This document shows positions 18,184-29,038 of a stretch of 64,000 nucleotides of DNA, one piece after another. The DNA is taken from positions 34,861 to 98,860 of the forward strand of contig JBCNVC010000001.1 of the NCBI GenBank assembly GCA_039630395.1, given 5' to 3'. Below the pieces are notes generated by a model. The model saw nothing but the letters and a program-made list of their open reading frames with translations, had not been told where the DNA came from and searched no databases. Position numbers and translations under genes: made by a program. The stretch's first letter is position 1. The number at the start of each line of letters is the position of its first letter. The DNA comes from Candidatus Kryptonium sp. (GTDB lineage: Bacteria > Bacteroidota > Ignavibacteria > Kryptoniales > Kryptoniaceae).

Positions 18184-18888
18184 ATGAAGATTGCACTTTT
18201 TATCCCATGCTATATTGATCAACTTTATCCCGAAGTTGGAATTGCAACTGTGAAAATTTTGAAAAAACTTGGAATAAGTTTTGATTACCCGCTTGAACAA
18301 ACATGCTGTGGGCAACCGGCCTTTAATACAGGCTATTGGAAGGAAGCGAAGTTGCTTGCTGAAAAGTTTGTCAAGGTTTTTTCAAAATTTGACTATATTG
18401 TTTCCCCTTCTGGCTCATGCGCGAGTATGATTAGGATTTTTTATCCGGAACTTTTAAGTGAAAACGAACTTAAAAACATTACGCAAAAAACTTTTGAATT
18501 AACTGAGTTTCTTGTAAAAATCATGAAAATTGATTCAACTGGTGCCGAATTTGATCATAAAATTACATATCACGACTCATGCCATGCATTGAGGGAACTT
18601 GGGATTAAAGAAGAGCCAAGGATTCTTTTAAGGAATGTCAAAAAATTAAAACTTATTGAAATGGAAAATTCGGAAGATTGCTGCGGTTTCGGCGGCACTT
18701 TTTCAATTAAATTTCCGGAAATATCAATTGACATGGCAAAGTATAAGCTAAACTATGCTTTAAACTCCGGGGCTGAATTTATAACATCAACGGATCAAAG
18801 TTGTCTGATGCACATTGATGGCTACGCAAGAAAAAATAAAATTAACATTAAGACGATTCACATCGCGCAAATTTTAGCAAACTTTTAG
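18184..18888 (+). CDS. lutA: Lactate utilization protein A (CCG domains)
   Basis: QTCCGQP, SGSC, YHDSCH, CCGFGGTFS. Confidence 0.9.
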   Translation: MKIALFIPCYIDQLYPEVGIATVKILKKLGISFDYPLEQTCCGQPAFNTGYWKEAKLLAEKFVKVFSKFDYIVSPSGSCASMIRIFYPELLSENELKNITQKTFELTEFLVKIMKIDSTGAEFDHKITYHDSCHALRELGIKEEPRILLRNVKKLKLIEMENSEDCCGFGGTFSIKFPEISIDMAKYKLNYALNSGAEFITSTDQSCLMHIDGYARKNKINIKTIHIAQILANF

Positions 18889-18898
18889 ATTAAATTCT

Positions 18899-20284
18899 AT
18901 GCAGAACCACGACTTGACGAAATTCAAGGAAAATGTGTTGCGGGCTCTTACAAATGAAACTTTAAGGAAAAATTTAAATCGCGCAATCACCCATACGCTT
19001 TCTAAAAGAATTGAAGTTGTTTCAGAACTCCAAAATTGGGAGGAACTTAGGAAAAAAGCACACAACATAAGAAAACATACAATTGAGAATCTCGCTTACT
19101 ATCTCGAAAAATTTGAGAAAAAAGCAACTGAAAATGGAATAAAAGTTCTATGGGCTAAAGATGCAACGGAAGCAAAAAATTATGTTATCAACATAGCAAA
19201 ACAGATCAACGCGAAGTTATGTGTTAAATCAAAATCAATGGTAACAGAAGAAATAGGATTAAGAGAATTTCTCGAAGAAAATGGGATTGAAACTGTTGAA
19301 ACCGATCTTGGTGAATTCATAGTTCAACTTGCAAATGAAATGCCCTCCCATATTACAGCTCCAGCTATGCATAAATCAAGAGATGAGATTGGAAAGTTAT
19401 TTGCGGAGAAACTTGGTGTTGATTTTACAAATGAACCAGAAAATCTAACGAAAATAGCAAGAGGATTTTTGAGGGAGAAATTTTTAAACGCTGATCTTGG
19501 TATATCCGGCGCAAACTTCTTGATCGCAGAAACTGGTTCAATTGTCATAGTAGAAAACGAGGGAAACGCTGGTTTAAGCACGACGCTTCCGAAAGTTCAC
19601 ATCGTTATCGCTGGAATTGAAAAGGTGATTCCACGACTCGTTGATCTGACGATCTTTTTTAAAATTCTCGCTAGAAGTGCAACCGCTCAAAGGTTCACAA
19701 GCTATGTTTCAATCATAAATGCACCAAGAAATAATAAACCCGATTCTCCTGAAAAAATTTATGTTATTTTGATTGATAATGGTAGAACTAATTTGTTGAA
19801 ATCAGAAAAATTAAAACAAGCACTTTACTGCATAAAATGTGGTGCTTGCATGCTTGCTTGTCCGATTTATCAAAGAGTTGGGGGTCATGCCTACGGCTCA
19901 ATATATCCAGGTCCCATTGGTTCTGTGTTAACTCCTGTTCAATTTGCGCTTGACGAAGCTTTAATTTTGCCCTTCGCTTCATCTTTATGTGGGAAATGTC
20001 ATGAAATTTGCCCAGTTAAAATAGAAATTCATCACCTTTTGCTCTGGCTTAGACACAAAGCAGTTGAACAAGATTTCTCACCTTGGATTGAAAAACTAAT
20101 TTTTAAGCTCTGGCTCATTGGAATGAAAAATCACAAACTTTACGAACTTGGAGCGAAGATCCTAAGATACATTCGTAGAATTGGAGTAAAACCGGAGTTA
20201 AAAAGATGGTCCAAATGGAGAACTTTTCCTGAAATAGCCCCAAAATCATTTAGAGAGATATGGAAGGAGCAAGAGAGCAAATAA
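18899..20284 (+). CDS. lutB: Lactate utilization protein B (Fe-S)
   Basis: KSKSMVTEE, ETDLGE, CIKCGACMLACP, YPGPIG, SLCGKCHEICP. Confidence 0.92.
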   Translation: MQNHDLTKFKENVLRALTNETLRKNLNRAITHTLSKRIEVVSELQNWEELRKKAHNIRKHTIENLAYYLEKFEKKATENGIKVLWAKDATEAKNYVINIAKQINAKLCVKSKSMVTEEIGLREFLEENGIETVETDLGEFIVQLANEMPSHITAPAMHKSRDEIGKLFAEKLGVDFTNEPENLTKIARGFLREKFLNADLGISGANFLIAETGSIVIVENEGNAGLSTTLPKVHIVIAGIEKVIPRLVDLTIFFKILARSATAQRFTSYVSIINAPRNNKPDSPEKIYVILIDNGRTNLLKSEKLKQALYCIKCGACMLACPIYQRVGGHAYGSIYPGPIGSVLTPVQFALDEALILPFASSLCGKCHEICPVKIEIHHLLLWLRHKAVEQDFSPWIEKLIFKLWLIGMKNHKLYELGAKILRYIRRIGVKPELKRWSKWRTFPEIAPKSFREIWKEQESK

Positions 20285-20871
20285 TTCAAACCTTGAAAAC
20301 TTATCAAATTAACAAAACCCAGCTACCTGAAATTGAAACAGATCAAATTTTTACTTTAAGCGAGAGTGTAAAAAGATTTAAATTTGAGTTTGAAAGGGCT
20401 GGTGGAAATCTAATAGAGGCAAGACCCGAAGAAATTCATGAAGTGCTCTCGGGAATAGTTTCATCAGAAAATATCCGAAGAATTTTCGCTGAAACATTTG
20501 AAAAAGACATAAATGAAAAGATCAAAGATTTACAAGTTGACCAAATAATAACCCAACCGCATTTGGAAAAGCAACTTGCCGATATTGATGCTTCAATTAC
20601 AGGATGCGACTTTTTAATTGCTGAGACAGGAACGATCGTGTTCATTCACAAAGAAAACAAATTTAAATCCGCTGTCTTGTTGCCAAGGATACATATTGTT
20701 ATCGCAAACAGGTCACAGATAATCCCAACACTTGAAGAACTTTTTAAAAGAATTGGTGGAAATTTTGATTCAATTTTCTTGATCACTGGACCAAGTCGGA
20801 CAGCGGACATTGAAAAGGTGCTTGTTCGTGGAGTTCACGGACCACAAAAAGTTTATCTGATTCTCACTTGA
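20260..20871 (+). CDS. lutC: Lactate utilization protein C (LUD domain)
   Basis: IAETGT, ITGPSRTADIE..GVHGP. Confidence 0.9.
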   Translation: MEGAREQIIQTLKTYQINKTQLPEIETDQIFTLSESVKRFKFEFERAGGNLIEARPEEIHEVLSGIVSSENIRRIFAETFEKDINEKIKDLQVDQIITQPHLEKQLADIDASITGCDFLIAETGTIVFIHKENKFKSAVLLPRIHIVIANRSQIIPTLEELFKRIGGNFDSIFLITGPSRTADIEKVLVRGVHGPQKVYLILT

Positions 20872-21397
20872 ATAATGCTTTCATTCCTCTTAAAAATTCA
20901 GGCAATGTATACTTCGGAAACCTTGGCCAAGTCACGATCACAACAATTATAATCCAGACGATAAGCAATGCACCATATTCTGGTGCGTATTTCAAAGCTG
21001 TTAAAATCATCATACCATATGGCGGTGCTTGTAATCCCCACGCAAGATGTTCAGATTTGAAATAAAACAATAAAAATGCACTTAACAAAATATAGCCGAA
21101 ACCGATAAATGGGCTAATTAAACTTGAAAGCGTTAAAAACAACCAACATCCAAGTGCCACAGTGACATCGGCAGTTAAATCATGTTTACCGATCCAAGTT
21201 TGAATTTTTCTCGGATCAAGCCTTGAAATTGATCCATCAAGAAGATCTGTCACCCAAGCAATCCACAGAAAAAGCGAAGCTGATACCACGCCATCTTTTA
21301 ATTCAAAGTTAGAAAATCTGATTATGTAAAGTCCAATAAAAAACCTCAAGGTTGTCAAGATGTCCGCTGCAAGTTTTAAACTTAGCACGGACTTCAT
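20864..21397 (-). CDS. CDP-alcohol phosphatidyltransferase family protein
   Basis: 'ADILTTLR' and DLLDGSISR..G..D...D signature. Confidence 0.78.
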   Translation of the reverse strand: MKSVLSLKLAADILTTLRFFIGLYIIRFSNFELKDGVVSASLFLWIAWVTDLLDGSISRLDPRKIQTWIGKHDLTADVTVALGCWLFLTLSSLISPFIGFGYILLSAFLLFYFKSEHLAWGLQAPPYGMMILTALKYAPEYGALLIVWIIIVVIVTWPRFPKYTLPEFLRGMKALFK

Positions 21398-21425
21398 TGT
21401 AAAATTTGCAATTTGATTTTAAAAA

Positions 21426-22784
21426 TTAAATCAAAAATCTCTCCAAAATTATTCCAATTATCAACAAAGACGAGAAATAAAGCTGAAGCTTGGCTGTTAA
21501 CAGATCAAGAAAAGTGAAATTCACAAGCGCCTGATTGAAAGACACTTTTATATTTTTTACAGCGATCGGTAAGGTTACAAGCGAAATAACAGCAGCAGTT
21601 GGCAAAAAGTTTTTGAAGACAAAATAAATTGTCAATAAATATGCAAACAAAACAAGGAGAGTGTAATAATAGCTTGATGCCTTAGTCCCAATGATGCCTG
21701 CAAGAGTTTTATATCCAGCTTCAATATCCTCTTTTATATCTCTGAAGTTATTTCCATGTAAAATCGCGGTTGTTAATAATCCAATTGGAATTGAAAGAAC
21801 AACTGGAAGCCACGAGATTTCCCGAGTTTGGATAAAATAAACACCAAGCGTCATAATAGGTCCAAAAGCTAAGAAAACAGCCAAATCTCCAAGTGCTCTG
21901 TATTTAAGTCCAAGCGGTGGAGCAGTTTAAAAAATTCCAATAATCAAACCTGGAATTATGAAATACAAAACCCTGTAATCAATGGCAAATACAAAATAAA
22001 AACCGATCGCAAGTGATAAAATAAGCAAAACGATCCCAAGCGAAAGATGATGTTTCGGCTTCATTAGTCCATCAACAAGTACTCTGCTTGAGCCAAGCAC
22101 GCGCCATGTATCTGCTCCTCTAATATAGTCAAAGTAATCGCTTAAAACATTCACAGCAGAGTGAGCAAGTATAAGACCTACGAAAACAAGAATAAACAAC
22201 GGAATTGAAATATGTGGGCTTATAAAAGTTCCAAGTAAAACCGGAGCAATGGTTGCAGGAAAAGCAAACGGTCTTAAAGCCTTAAACGCGACTTCAAAAA
22301 AGTTAAATTTTGTTTTTAATTTCGTTTGGAAGAGTTTAATTACTTCATCTGTGACCTCAATTTCTGCTCTCGGTTTCCATTCCTCGGTGAAATCAGAAAT
22401 GTAAAGCTTGGTTGGTCTTATTCTAAACAGCGTGACGCCCGGGATTTTCTTTGCATAAACAACAAGTTCAATAGCTTTTCTAAAAATTATACTTCTCTCC
22501 GCTCGTTCTGTTATGTCTCCAAGCATTTCAGCAACGCCTTCACCTTGAATAAATTTATCCGGCACACCGCGCTCAATGACGAAAAACACGCGAGAATTTT
22601 CAACGATGTTTTTATAATTTTTCCCTTTTTCGAGAGCGACATAGATATATCCATCTTCCTCACCGAAATAAACTTTCCCAGCCCAAACTTTTCCATCCTT
22701 TCCTTGACTTACGAGAGTTAGAGTTTTGTTCTCTTGAAATACCTTTTTTGCTGTCTCAAGATATTTTATATATTCACTTTGCAT
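21426..22784 (-). pseudogene. Split-barrel (PNPOx-like) domain fused to a MenA-like prenyltransferase, interrupted by an in-frame TAA at 21927-21929
   Basis: 453 codons in one frame: LRPFAF, NVLSDYFDY..GAD, GIF*TAPPLGLKYRALGD, HGNNFRDIKED. Confidence 0.8.
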
Positions 22785-22930
22785 GTCGGTCCCAAGTTTG
22801 TTTGCAAGTTATGAATGGAAACTCGTTTAAATTTAACCATGTCTTAAAAATAAATCAACACATAATAAAGTTGCTTTTGTATTGGTCTAACCTTTAAATT
22901 TTTAACAAAAACAAAATTTCATCCAAGCTT

Positions 22931-23251
22931 ATGCCATTATTTATTGAAAGAGGCAAATGGCTTGGAAAAGAAAGAGAAGAAATTGAAAAAGAATGGAACG
23001 AACGCGGTTTTACAAGTGATATATGGATTGATCCACCAGGACAAAGATGGGAAGACTTCGTGCATGACACGGATGAACTTGTCACACCATTAAATGTTTC
23101 AATTGAGATCGAATGTGATGGCGAGGTAACGGAGTTAAATCCAGGCGACGAGTGGTTCATTCCTCGCGGTTCAGTTCACTCGGTTAGAAACAAAAGTAAT
23201 GAAGTTGCTTATTGGCTTTACGGATATAACATATCAAAAACAAAAGCGTGA
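22931..23251 (+). CDS. Cupin domain protein
   Basis: 'FVHDTDEL' and 'LNPGDEWFIPRGSVHSVRN'. Confidence 0.82.
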   Translation: MPLFIERGKWLGKEREEIEKEWNERGFTSDIWIDPPGQRWEDFVHDTDELVTPLNVSIEIECDGEVTELNPGDEWFIPRGSVHSVRNKSNEVAYWLYGYNISKTKA

Positions 23252-23257
23252 TAAAAA

Positions 23258-24235
23258 ATGGAATACAGACAACTTGGACAAACTGAAATTAAAATCCCAG
23301 TCATAACTTTCGGAGGCTGGGCAATCGGTGGTTGGTATTGGGGTGGAACTGACGAAGAACTTGCAATAAAGGCGATACAAAAAGCAATTGAAGTTGGAAT
23401 GAATTGTATTGACACCGCACCAGTTTATGGATTCGGATTAGGTGAGGAAATTGTCGGAAAAGCAATCAAGGGAAAACGAAACGAAGTTATTATAGCAACT
23501 AAGTGTGGTTTAAGATGGGATGTAGAAGAAGGGGAGTTTTTCTTTGACACATACTTCAATGGGAAAAGATATTATGTTTACAGAAATGCACGAAAAAATT
23601 CAATAATTGAAGAATGTGAAAGAAGTTTAAGACGACTTAACACAGATTTCATTGATATTTATCAAATTCATTGGCCTGATAAGACAACCCCAATTGATGA
23701 ATCGCTTGAAGCGTTAACCCGCCTCCAAGAACAAGGGAAAATAAGAGCATTTGGAGTCAGCAACTTTGATGCTAATCTCATGAAGGAAACATTAAAATAC
23801 GCGAGAGTTGAAAGTAATCAAGTAAAATATAGTTTGTTAGATCGCTCTATTGAAAAGGAACTTATCCCGCTTTGCATTGAAAACAAAATTTCAATTCTTG
23901 CTTACAGTCCTCTTGAGCAAGGACTTTTGACGGGGAAAATAACAATGGAAACAGAATTCAAGAGCGGGGATCTGAGAAAGAAACAATTTTGGTTTCAACC
24001 TGAAAATAGAAAGAAAGTTCTTGATGCTCTTGAAAAGATAAAACCAATTGCAGAAGAACGAAATGTGACCATCGCTCAACTTGTAATAAATTGGACATTT
24101 TCGCAACCTGGTATAACAACCGCAATCGTTGGCGCAAGAAATCCTGAACAAGTTGAGGAAAACGCAAAAGCTACAACTTTTAAGCTCACCGACGAGGAAA
24201 TTCAAAAGATAAGTGAAGCCTTTGCATGGGAATGA
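23258..24235 (+). CDS. Aldo/keto reductase
   Basis: IDTAPVYG, IATKCG, IDIYQIHWPD, GVSNF, YSPLEQGLL. Confidence 0.93.
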   Translation: MEYRQLGQTEIKIPVITFGGWAIGGWYWGGTDEELAIKAIQKAIEVGMNCIDTAPVYGFGLGEEIVGKAIKGKRNEVIIATKCGLRWDVEEGEFFFDTYFNGKRYYVYRNARKNSIIEECERSLRRLNTDFIDIYQIHWPDKTTPIDESLEALTRLQEQGKIRAFGVSNFDANLMKETLKYARVESNQVKYSLLDRSIEKELIPLCIENKISILAYSPLEQGLLTGKITMETEFKSGDLRKKQFWFQPENRKKVLDALEKIKPIAEERNVTIAQLVINWTFSQPGITTAIVGARNPEQVEENAKATTFKLTDEEIQKISEAFAWE

Positions 24236-27200
24236 TCTTTCGTTGCATCTTGAAATTTACTTTATTATTTCTCCCGACTTTTTCACTTTCACAGAGAGTT
24301 GGATATTTTCAGCAAAGCGTTGATTATGAGATGGAGGTTTTTCTTGATACGAAAACTCACAGACTTATTGGAAAACAGGTAGCGACTTATTCCAACAACT
24401 CTCCTGACACTCTACATGAAATTTATTACCATTTATACTTAAACGCTTTCAAGCCGGGAAGTTCTATGCAGGTTCGTGGTGATGTTATAAGAAATGGGCT
24501 TGGTGAAAGAATTAGAGCACTGAAACCAGATGAATACGGTTGGACAAATGTTAAATCTCTTAAGGCAAATGATGAAGAAATTGAATTTGAAATTTTTGAT
24601 ACGATTTTAAGAGCAAAACTTAAAAAACCTCTTGTCCCTGGAAGTTCTGTTAAACTTGAAATGGAATTTGAATCACAAATCCCAAAACAAACCAGAAGAA
24701 ACGGGAGAGATAATCGCGAGGGAATTGATTATAGCATGGCTCAATGGTATCCTAAGATCTGTGAATATGATTTTGAAGGTTGGCATGTAAATCAATATGT
24801 TGAGCGTGAATTCTATGGGGTATGGGGGAATTTTGATGTAAAGATAACTCTTCCATCAGATTATCTTGTTGGGGCAACTGGAGTGATTCAAAATCCAAAT
24901 GAAGTTATGTGCGGATATGAACTTGGTGCAGTTGATACGGTTATTTTCCCAAGCCAATGGAAGAAAAACTCAGCATCAAAATTCAAAACTTGGCACTTCA
25001 AAGCTGAAAAAGTCCACGATTTCGCCTGGGTTGCTGATAGAGATTATATTCACGAAATAACTTGGCTTCAGCTTGAAAACGATTCTGTTATAATACATTT
25101 GCTTTATCAACCTGATGTCTATATGCTTTGGCGTGAAACTGGAAAGTTTACAAAAGATATAATAAAACTTTACAGCGAATGGTTTTACAAATATCCGTAT
25201 AAAAGTTTCACAGTTGCACAAGCTGGAGATGGAGGAATGGAATATCCAATGCTTATTATGATTACTGGAAGGCGCGGGAGAACAAGCATGATTGGAATTC
25301 TCGCTCATGAAATCGGACACATCTGGTTTTATGGATTAATTGGAAACAACGAGTCGAAAGAAGCTTGGATAGACGAAGGCGGGGCAAGTTTCGTAACGCC
25401 AAGAATTTTTAAAAAATTTCTCGGCGAAAAATGGAATGATTTTGTTGGAATTGATAAAGTGTTAAGACCAAACTCAGACATTTATGGTGGATATAGAAAC
25501 TACATAAGATTTTCAAACCTCGGATATGAAGAACCTGTCCTTTTACATTCCGACTTTTTCCGTGAACCAATTACATATACGAACGCTGTTTATGGAAAAG
25601 GTGCATCAGTTTTTGAAATGCTTGAATATGTCGTCGGCGATAGCGTTTTTGATAGAATAATGAAAGAGTTCTTTAAAGAGTGGGTTTTTAAGCATCCGAC
25701 GACAAAAGATTTTGAAAGGACAGCCGAGAAAGTAAGTGGAATGAAGCTTGATTGGTTTTTTGATCAATGGCTTAAAACGACAAGAAAGTGTGATTATTCC
25801 ATTGAAAATTTCTCTGGAAAATGGGTAAGTGAAGACGGGCTGAAAAAATACAAAATCAAAGTTAAACTTCGCAATCGTGGGCAGATAGTTATGCCCATCG
25901 ACCTTTACATTTACTTTGAAGATGGGACATATCAAAAAGTGATAATACCGCTTGACATCCAGCTCAAGGCAAAAAAAGAACCCAATGCAATTATCCTCCC
26001 TCCCTGGTTTTGGGTTAATCCAATTTACGAGTTTGAACTTTCATTTGATAAAGAAGTGAAAATGATTGAAATTGACAGCAGGCTGATGTTAAGAGATGTA
26101 AATAGGTTGAACAATAGAACAGGAATTTTAAATAAAGTTCAATTTAAATTTTTAGAGCAAACTCAATTAAATCCCCCTCTTGAAAAGTATTGGTTCAGCA
26201 TAAGACCTTCAATTTGGTTTGCCCAGAGAGATGGGATAAGACCGGGATTTTTCACAAATGGTGCTTATCTTTTTGATTACTATGAGACGAAATTTGGTTT
26301 ATGGTTTAATACAAAGACGAGAAATTTTGATTATATGTTAAGTTACAATAACAACATCCTGCCTGTACTCGGAAGATTAAATGAATTTGGATTTGAATTT
26401 TTCAAAATCCATGGGGTGAGAAAATTTTATTTTGAAATTTCCAAGAGCATAAGACCTCTATATCTTACGCTTCCGCCGTTTTATAATCTGTTTATTTTCT
26501 TTGAGCACACTTCACTTGTTGAAAGGAAATTGCCGTTTTTAAATTTAAAATGGGAAACTGGAAATTTTAATCTGGTCGGTTTCAAGTTTTCAGCAAACAC
26601 ACAAACTGGCAGGACATTTTTACTTGGAAATATATTTTTCAAGACAACCACAGCCAATAGCTCAAAAAACTTTACCAACATTTCAATTGAGCTTATACAG
26701 AGAACAGTTTTACAAACGCTTGAGCATTCGCTTCGTTTCTTCTTTGCAAACTCATATGGACAACCGCCGGCACAAGAAAAATTTTATTTCATCGCAAGCC
26801 CGCATGAGCAATTTTTCAACCAGACGTTCAGAATGATTTATCTTATTGATGAAAAATTTTCACGAAGGACAAATCTATTCTTGAAAGGTGGCTTAAATCT
26901 GCGCGGTTATTTTGACAGATTTGACATTTGGATTACGAGAGGTAGTGCTGTTAATTTTGAATTAGTGTTTTTAAAATCCCAAAGTTTTCATTTATCAATC
27001 TTTTACGACATTGCGATTTTTAAGTGGGCGATAGAAACACCACCGATTTCACAAACACCAAAATTTGAGGAGATAAAAAAGATTGGTTCATTAGCATATA
27101 ATTATGGCTTTGAAATCAATCTCCGACCATTTATATTTATTCCATCAGTTACTGAAAATTTAATAAATTCATTCAACCGTTTGAACATAAACTTGGTTTT

Positions 27201-27267
27201 ACCGGTTGGACGTACCGGAGAGGCACCAAAGTTTAGATGGGCTCTTGAAATAAAAGTTGATAGATAA
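24226..27267 (+). CDS. Secreted M1 family metalloaminopeptidase with a long beta-rich C-terminus
   Basis: GGMEYP; HEIGH followed by WIDEG; YGKG. Confidence 0.88.
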   Translation: MGMIFRCILKFTLLFLPTFSLSQRVGYFQQSVDYEMEVFLDTKTHRLIGKQVATYSNNSPDTLHEIYYHLYLNAFKPGSSMQVRGDVIRNGLGERIRALKPDEYGWTNVKSLKANDEEIEFEIFDTILRAKLKKPLVPGSSVKLEMEFESQIPKQTRRNGRDNREGIDYSMAQWYPKICEYDFEGWHVNQYVEREFYGVWGNFDVKITLPSDYLVGATGVIQNPNEVMCGYELGAVDTVIFPSQWKKNSASKFKTWHFKAEKVHDFAWVADRDYIHEITWLQLENDSVIIHLLYQPDVYMLWRETGKFTKDIIKLYSEWFYKYPYKSFTVAQAGDGGMEYPMLIMITGRRGRTSMIGILAHEIGHIWFYGLIGNNESKEAWIDEGGASFVTPRIFKKFLGEKWNDFVGIDKVLRPNSDIYGGYRNYIRFSNLGYEEPVLLHSDFFREPITYTNAVYGKGASVFEMLEYVVGDSVFDRIMKEFFKEWVFKHPTTKDFERTAEKVSGMKLDWFFDQWLKTTRKCDYSIENFSGKWVSEDGLKKYKIKVKLRNRGQIVMPIDLYIYFEDGTYQKVIIPLDIQLKAKKEPNAIILPPWFWVNPIYEFELSFDKEVKMIEIDSRLMLRDVNRLNNRTGILNKVQFKFLEQTQLNPPLEKYWFSIRPSIWFAQRDGIRPGFFTNGAYLFDYYETKFGLWFNTKTRNFDYMLSYNNNILPVLGRLNEFGFEFFKIHGVRKFYFEISKSIRPLYLTLPPFYNLFIFFEHTSLVERKLPFLNLKWETGNFNLVGFKFSANTQTGRTFLLGNIFFKTTTANSSKNFTNISIELIQRTVLQTLEHSLRFFFANSYGQPPAQEKFYFIASPHEQFFNQTFRMIYLIDEKFSRRTNLFLKGGLNLRGYFDRFDIWITRGSAVNFELVFLKSQSFHLSIFYDIAIFKWAIETPPISQTPKFEEIKKIGSLAYNYGFEINLRPFIFIPSVTENLINSFNRLNINLVLPVGRTGEAPKFRWALEIKVDR

Positions 27268-27268
27268 C

Positions 27269-28048
27269 ATGAAACGAACTTTTCTAATTTTACCGATAGC
27301 ACTTTTAATAATTTTTTACTTCGTCGCGAGGGCAATTCCCAAAAACGATTTTAAATTTGAAAATGAATATCTTGAATATCACGGGTATTGGGGCTTCATA
27401 AATCTCGGAAGCATAAAAGTTTGGACAGAAACAAATGGAAATTATATAAAATCACGATTTCAAATGGATTCAAATCCTTGGCTTTTCTTTATAAACATTC
27501 ATTATGGTTTTGAAAGCGAATTTAGAATTGACTCACTTCTTGATGCGAAATTTTTAATCTATGAGACCAGAAAAGGTAGAAAAATTGTGACAATTTTTGA
27601 AAGAAAAAGCAACAAGATAATCGCCACGCAAAAAGATGTTCAAACCGGTGAAATTATTGAGGTATCTGAAAAGGAGGAGAGAAGTTATTATAATGGAATT
27701 GCTTCATTTTACTTGACGAGAATGCTTCTTGGATCAGGTGAGAATCTTACAATTCCAATTTTGATTCAATTCAATGTTAAAGATGTTAATCTAAGTTTCC
27801 CGAAGGAAAACGCAAGCATTAGGTTTTTAAATTCAACAGTTATTACAAAAAAGGTAAGTGGCTTTATTCCGTTTGTGGCAGAAGAAATAGCAGGTGTAAC
27901 AGGTGATTTTGTCGCTTATTATTCGGATGATTCAGCAAGAATTCCTATAAAAGGATACTTTAAAACATCCGTTGGAAACGTAAGAATCGAGCTTGTTAGA
28001 TGGGAGAGAAAAAATTGGCACCCGCCACAAATCGTAGACAAAAAGTAA
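27269..28048 (+). CDS. DUF3108-like exported protein
   Basis: 'EYLEY..YWGFINLG', 'YYSDDSARIP..VGNVRIEL'. Confidence 0.7.
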   Translation: MKRTFLILPIALLIIFYFVARAIPKNDFKFENEYLEYHGYWGFINLGSIKVWTETNGNYIKSRFQMDSNPWLFFINIHYGFESEFRIDSLLDAKFLIYETRKGRKIVTIFERKSNKIIATQKDVQTGEIIEVSEKEERSYYNGIASFYLTRMLLGSGENLTIPILIQFNVKDVNLSFPKENASIRFLNSTVITKKVSGFIPFVAEEIAGVTGDFVAYYSDDSARIPIKGYFKTSVGNVRIELVRWERKNWHPPQIVDKK

Positions 28049-28060
28049 AAGGTTTTAAAA

Positions 28061-29038
28061 ATGAAAGTACTTGTCACAGGTGGAACAGGTTTTATAGGTA
28101 GTCATCTCGTTGACAAACTTTTAGAGCGCGGGTATGAAGTTAGGTGTATTGTCAGAGATACAAGCAATTTAAAATGGCTTGCTGAAAAAGATGTTGAAAT
28201 TTTAAAAGGTAGTTTATTTGATTTTGATTTTTTGAAGAAAGCAGTTAAAGATGTTGATTATGTTTATCATATTGCTGGCGTGACAAAGGGCAGAAACTAT
28301 GATGACTATTATCGTGGCAATGTTGAAACGACAAAAAACTTGTTGGAAGCATCTCTTGAAAACCAAGGTTTGAAAAGATTTATATTAGCAAGCAGTTTGG
28401 CAGCGGTTGGTCCAGGTGATAATTCTACTCCCGTTGATGAAACTAAGGATTACAAACCTATAACTTCATATGGCAAAAGCAAAGCGGAAGCAGAGAAGCT
28501 CGCTCTTTCATTTAAAGAAAAATTACCTATTACCATAATTCGTCCTCCCTCTGTTTATGGTCCCCGCGACACATATACATTTGAATTTTTTAAATATGTT
28601 AAATTTGGATTTTTGCCAGCAGTTTTGCCTGATGAACAAATTTTAAGTCTGGTTTATGTTTCTGATCTCGTGGATGGTTTTATTCTCGCAGGTGAGAGTG
28701 AAAGAGCGATAGGTGAGATTTATTTTATTTCAAGCGAAGAAATTTACACTTGGAGAGAGATTGAAAGTGCGGTTTTAAAAGCTATTGGCAAAAAAGTTGT
28801 GCGTGTGAAAATCCCAGAGCCAGTTTTATATTTTGTATCATTTTTATCTGAGATAATCTACAAGCTACGGGACAAAGCATCTCCTTTGAATATTGAAAAG
28901 ATAAAAGACCTAAGGCAAAAAAATTGGGCTTGCTCAATTGAAAAAGCTAAAAAAGAACTCGGCTATAATCCCAAAGTTTCACTTGAAGAAGGAATGCAAA
29001 GAACAATAAAATGGTATTTTGAAAATAAATGGCTTTAA
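28061..29038 (+). CDS. NAD-dependent epimerase/dehydratase (extended SDR)
   Basis: VTGGTGFIG, YGKSK, RPPSVYGP. Confidence 0.92.
   Translation: MKVLVTGGTGFIGSHLVDKLLERGYEVRCIVRDTSNLKWLAEKDVEILKGSLFDFDFLKKAVKDVDYVYHIAGVTKGRNYDDYYRGNVETTKNLLEASLENQGLKRFILASSLAAVGPGDNSTPVDETKDYKPITSYGKSKAEAEKLALSFKEKLPITIIRPPSVYGPRDTYTFEFFKYVKFGFLPAVLPDEQILSLVYVSDLVDGFILAGESERAIGEIYFISSEEIYTWREIESAVLKAIGKKVVRVKIPEPVLYFVSFLSEIIYKLRDKASPLNIEKIKDLRQKNWACSIEKAKKELGYNPKVSLEEGMQRTIKWYFENKWL

Noticed and set aside
21927-21929. Stop-codon recoding in the MenA fusion
   Set aside because: The codon is TAA at a Tyr position, and TAA terminates many genes in this window; Sec and Pyl use TGA and TAG
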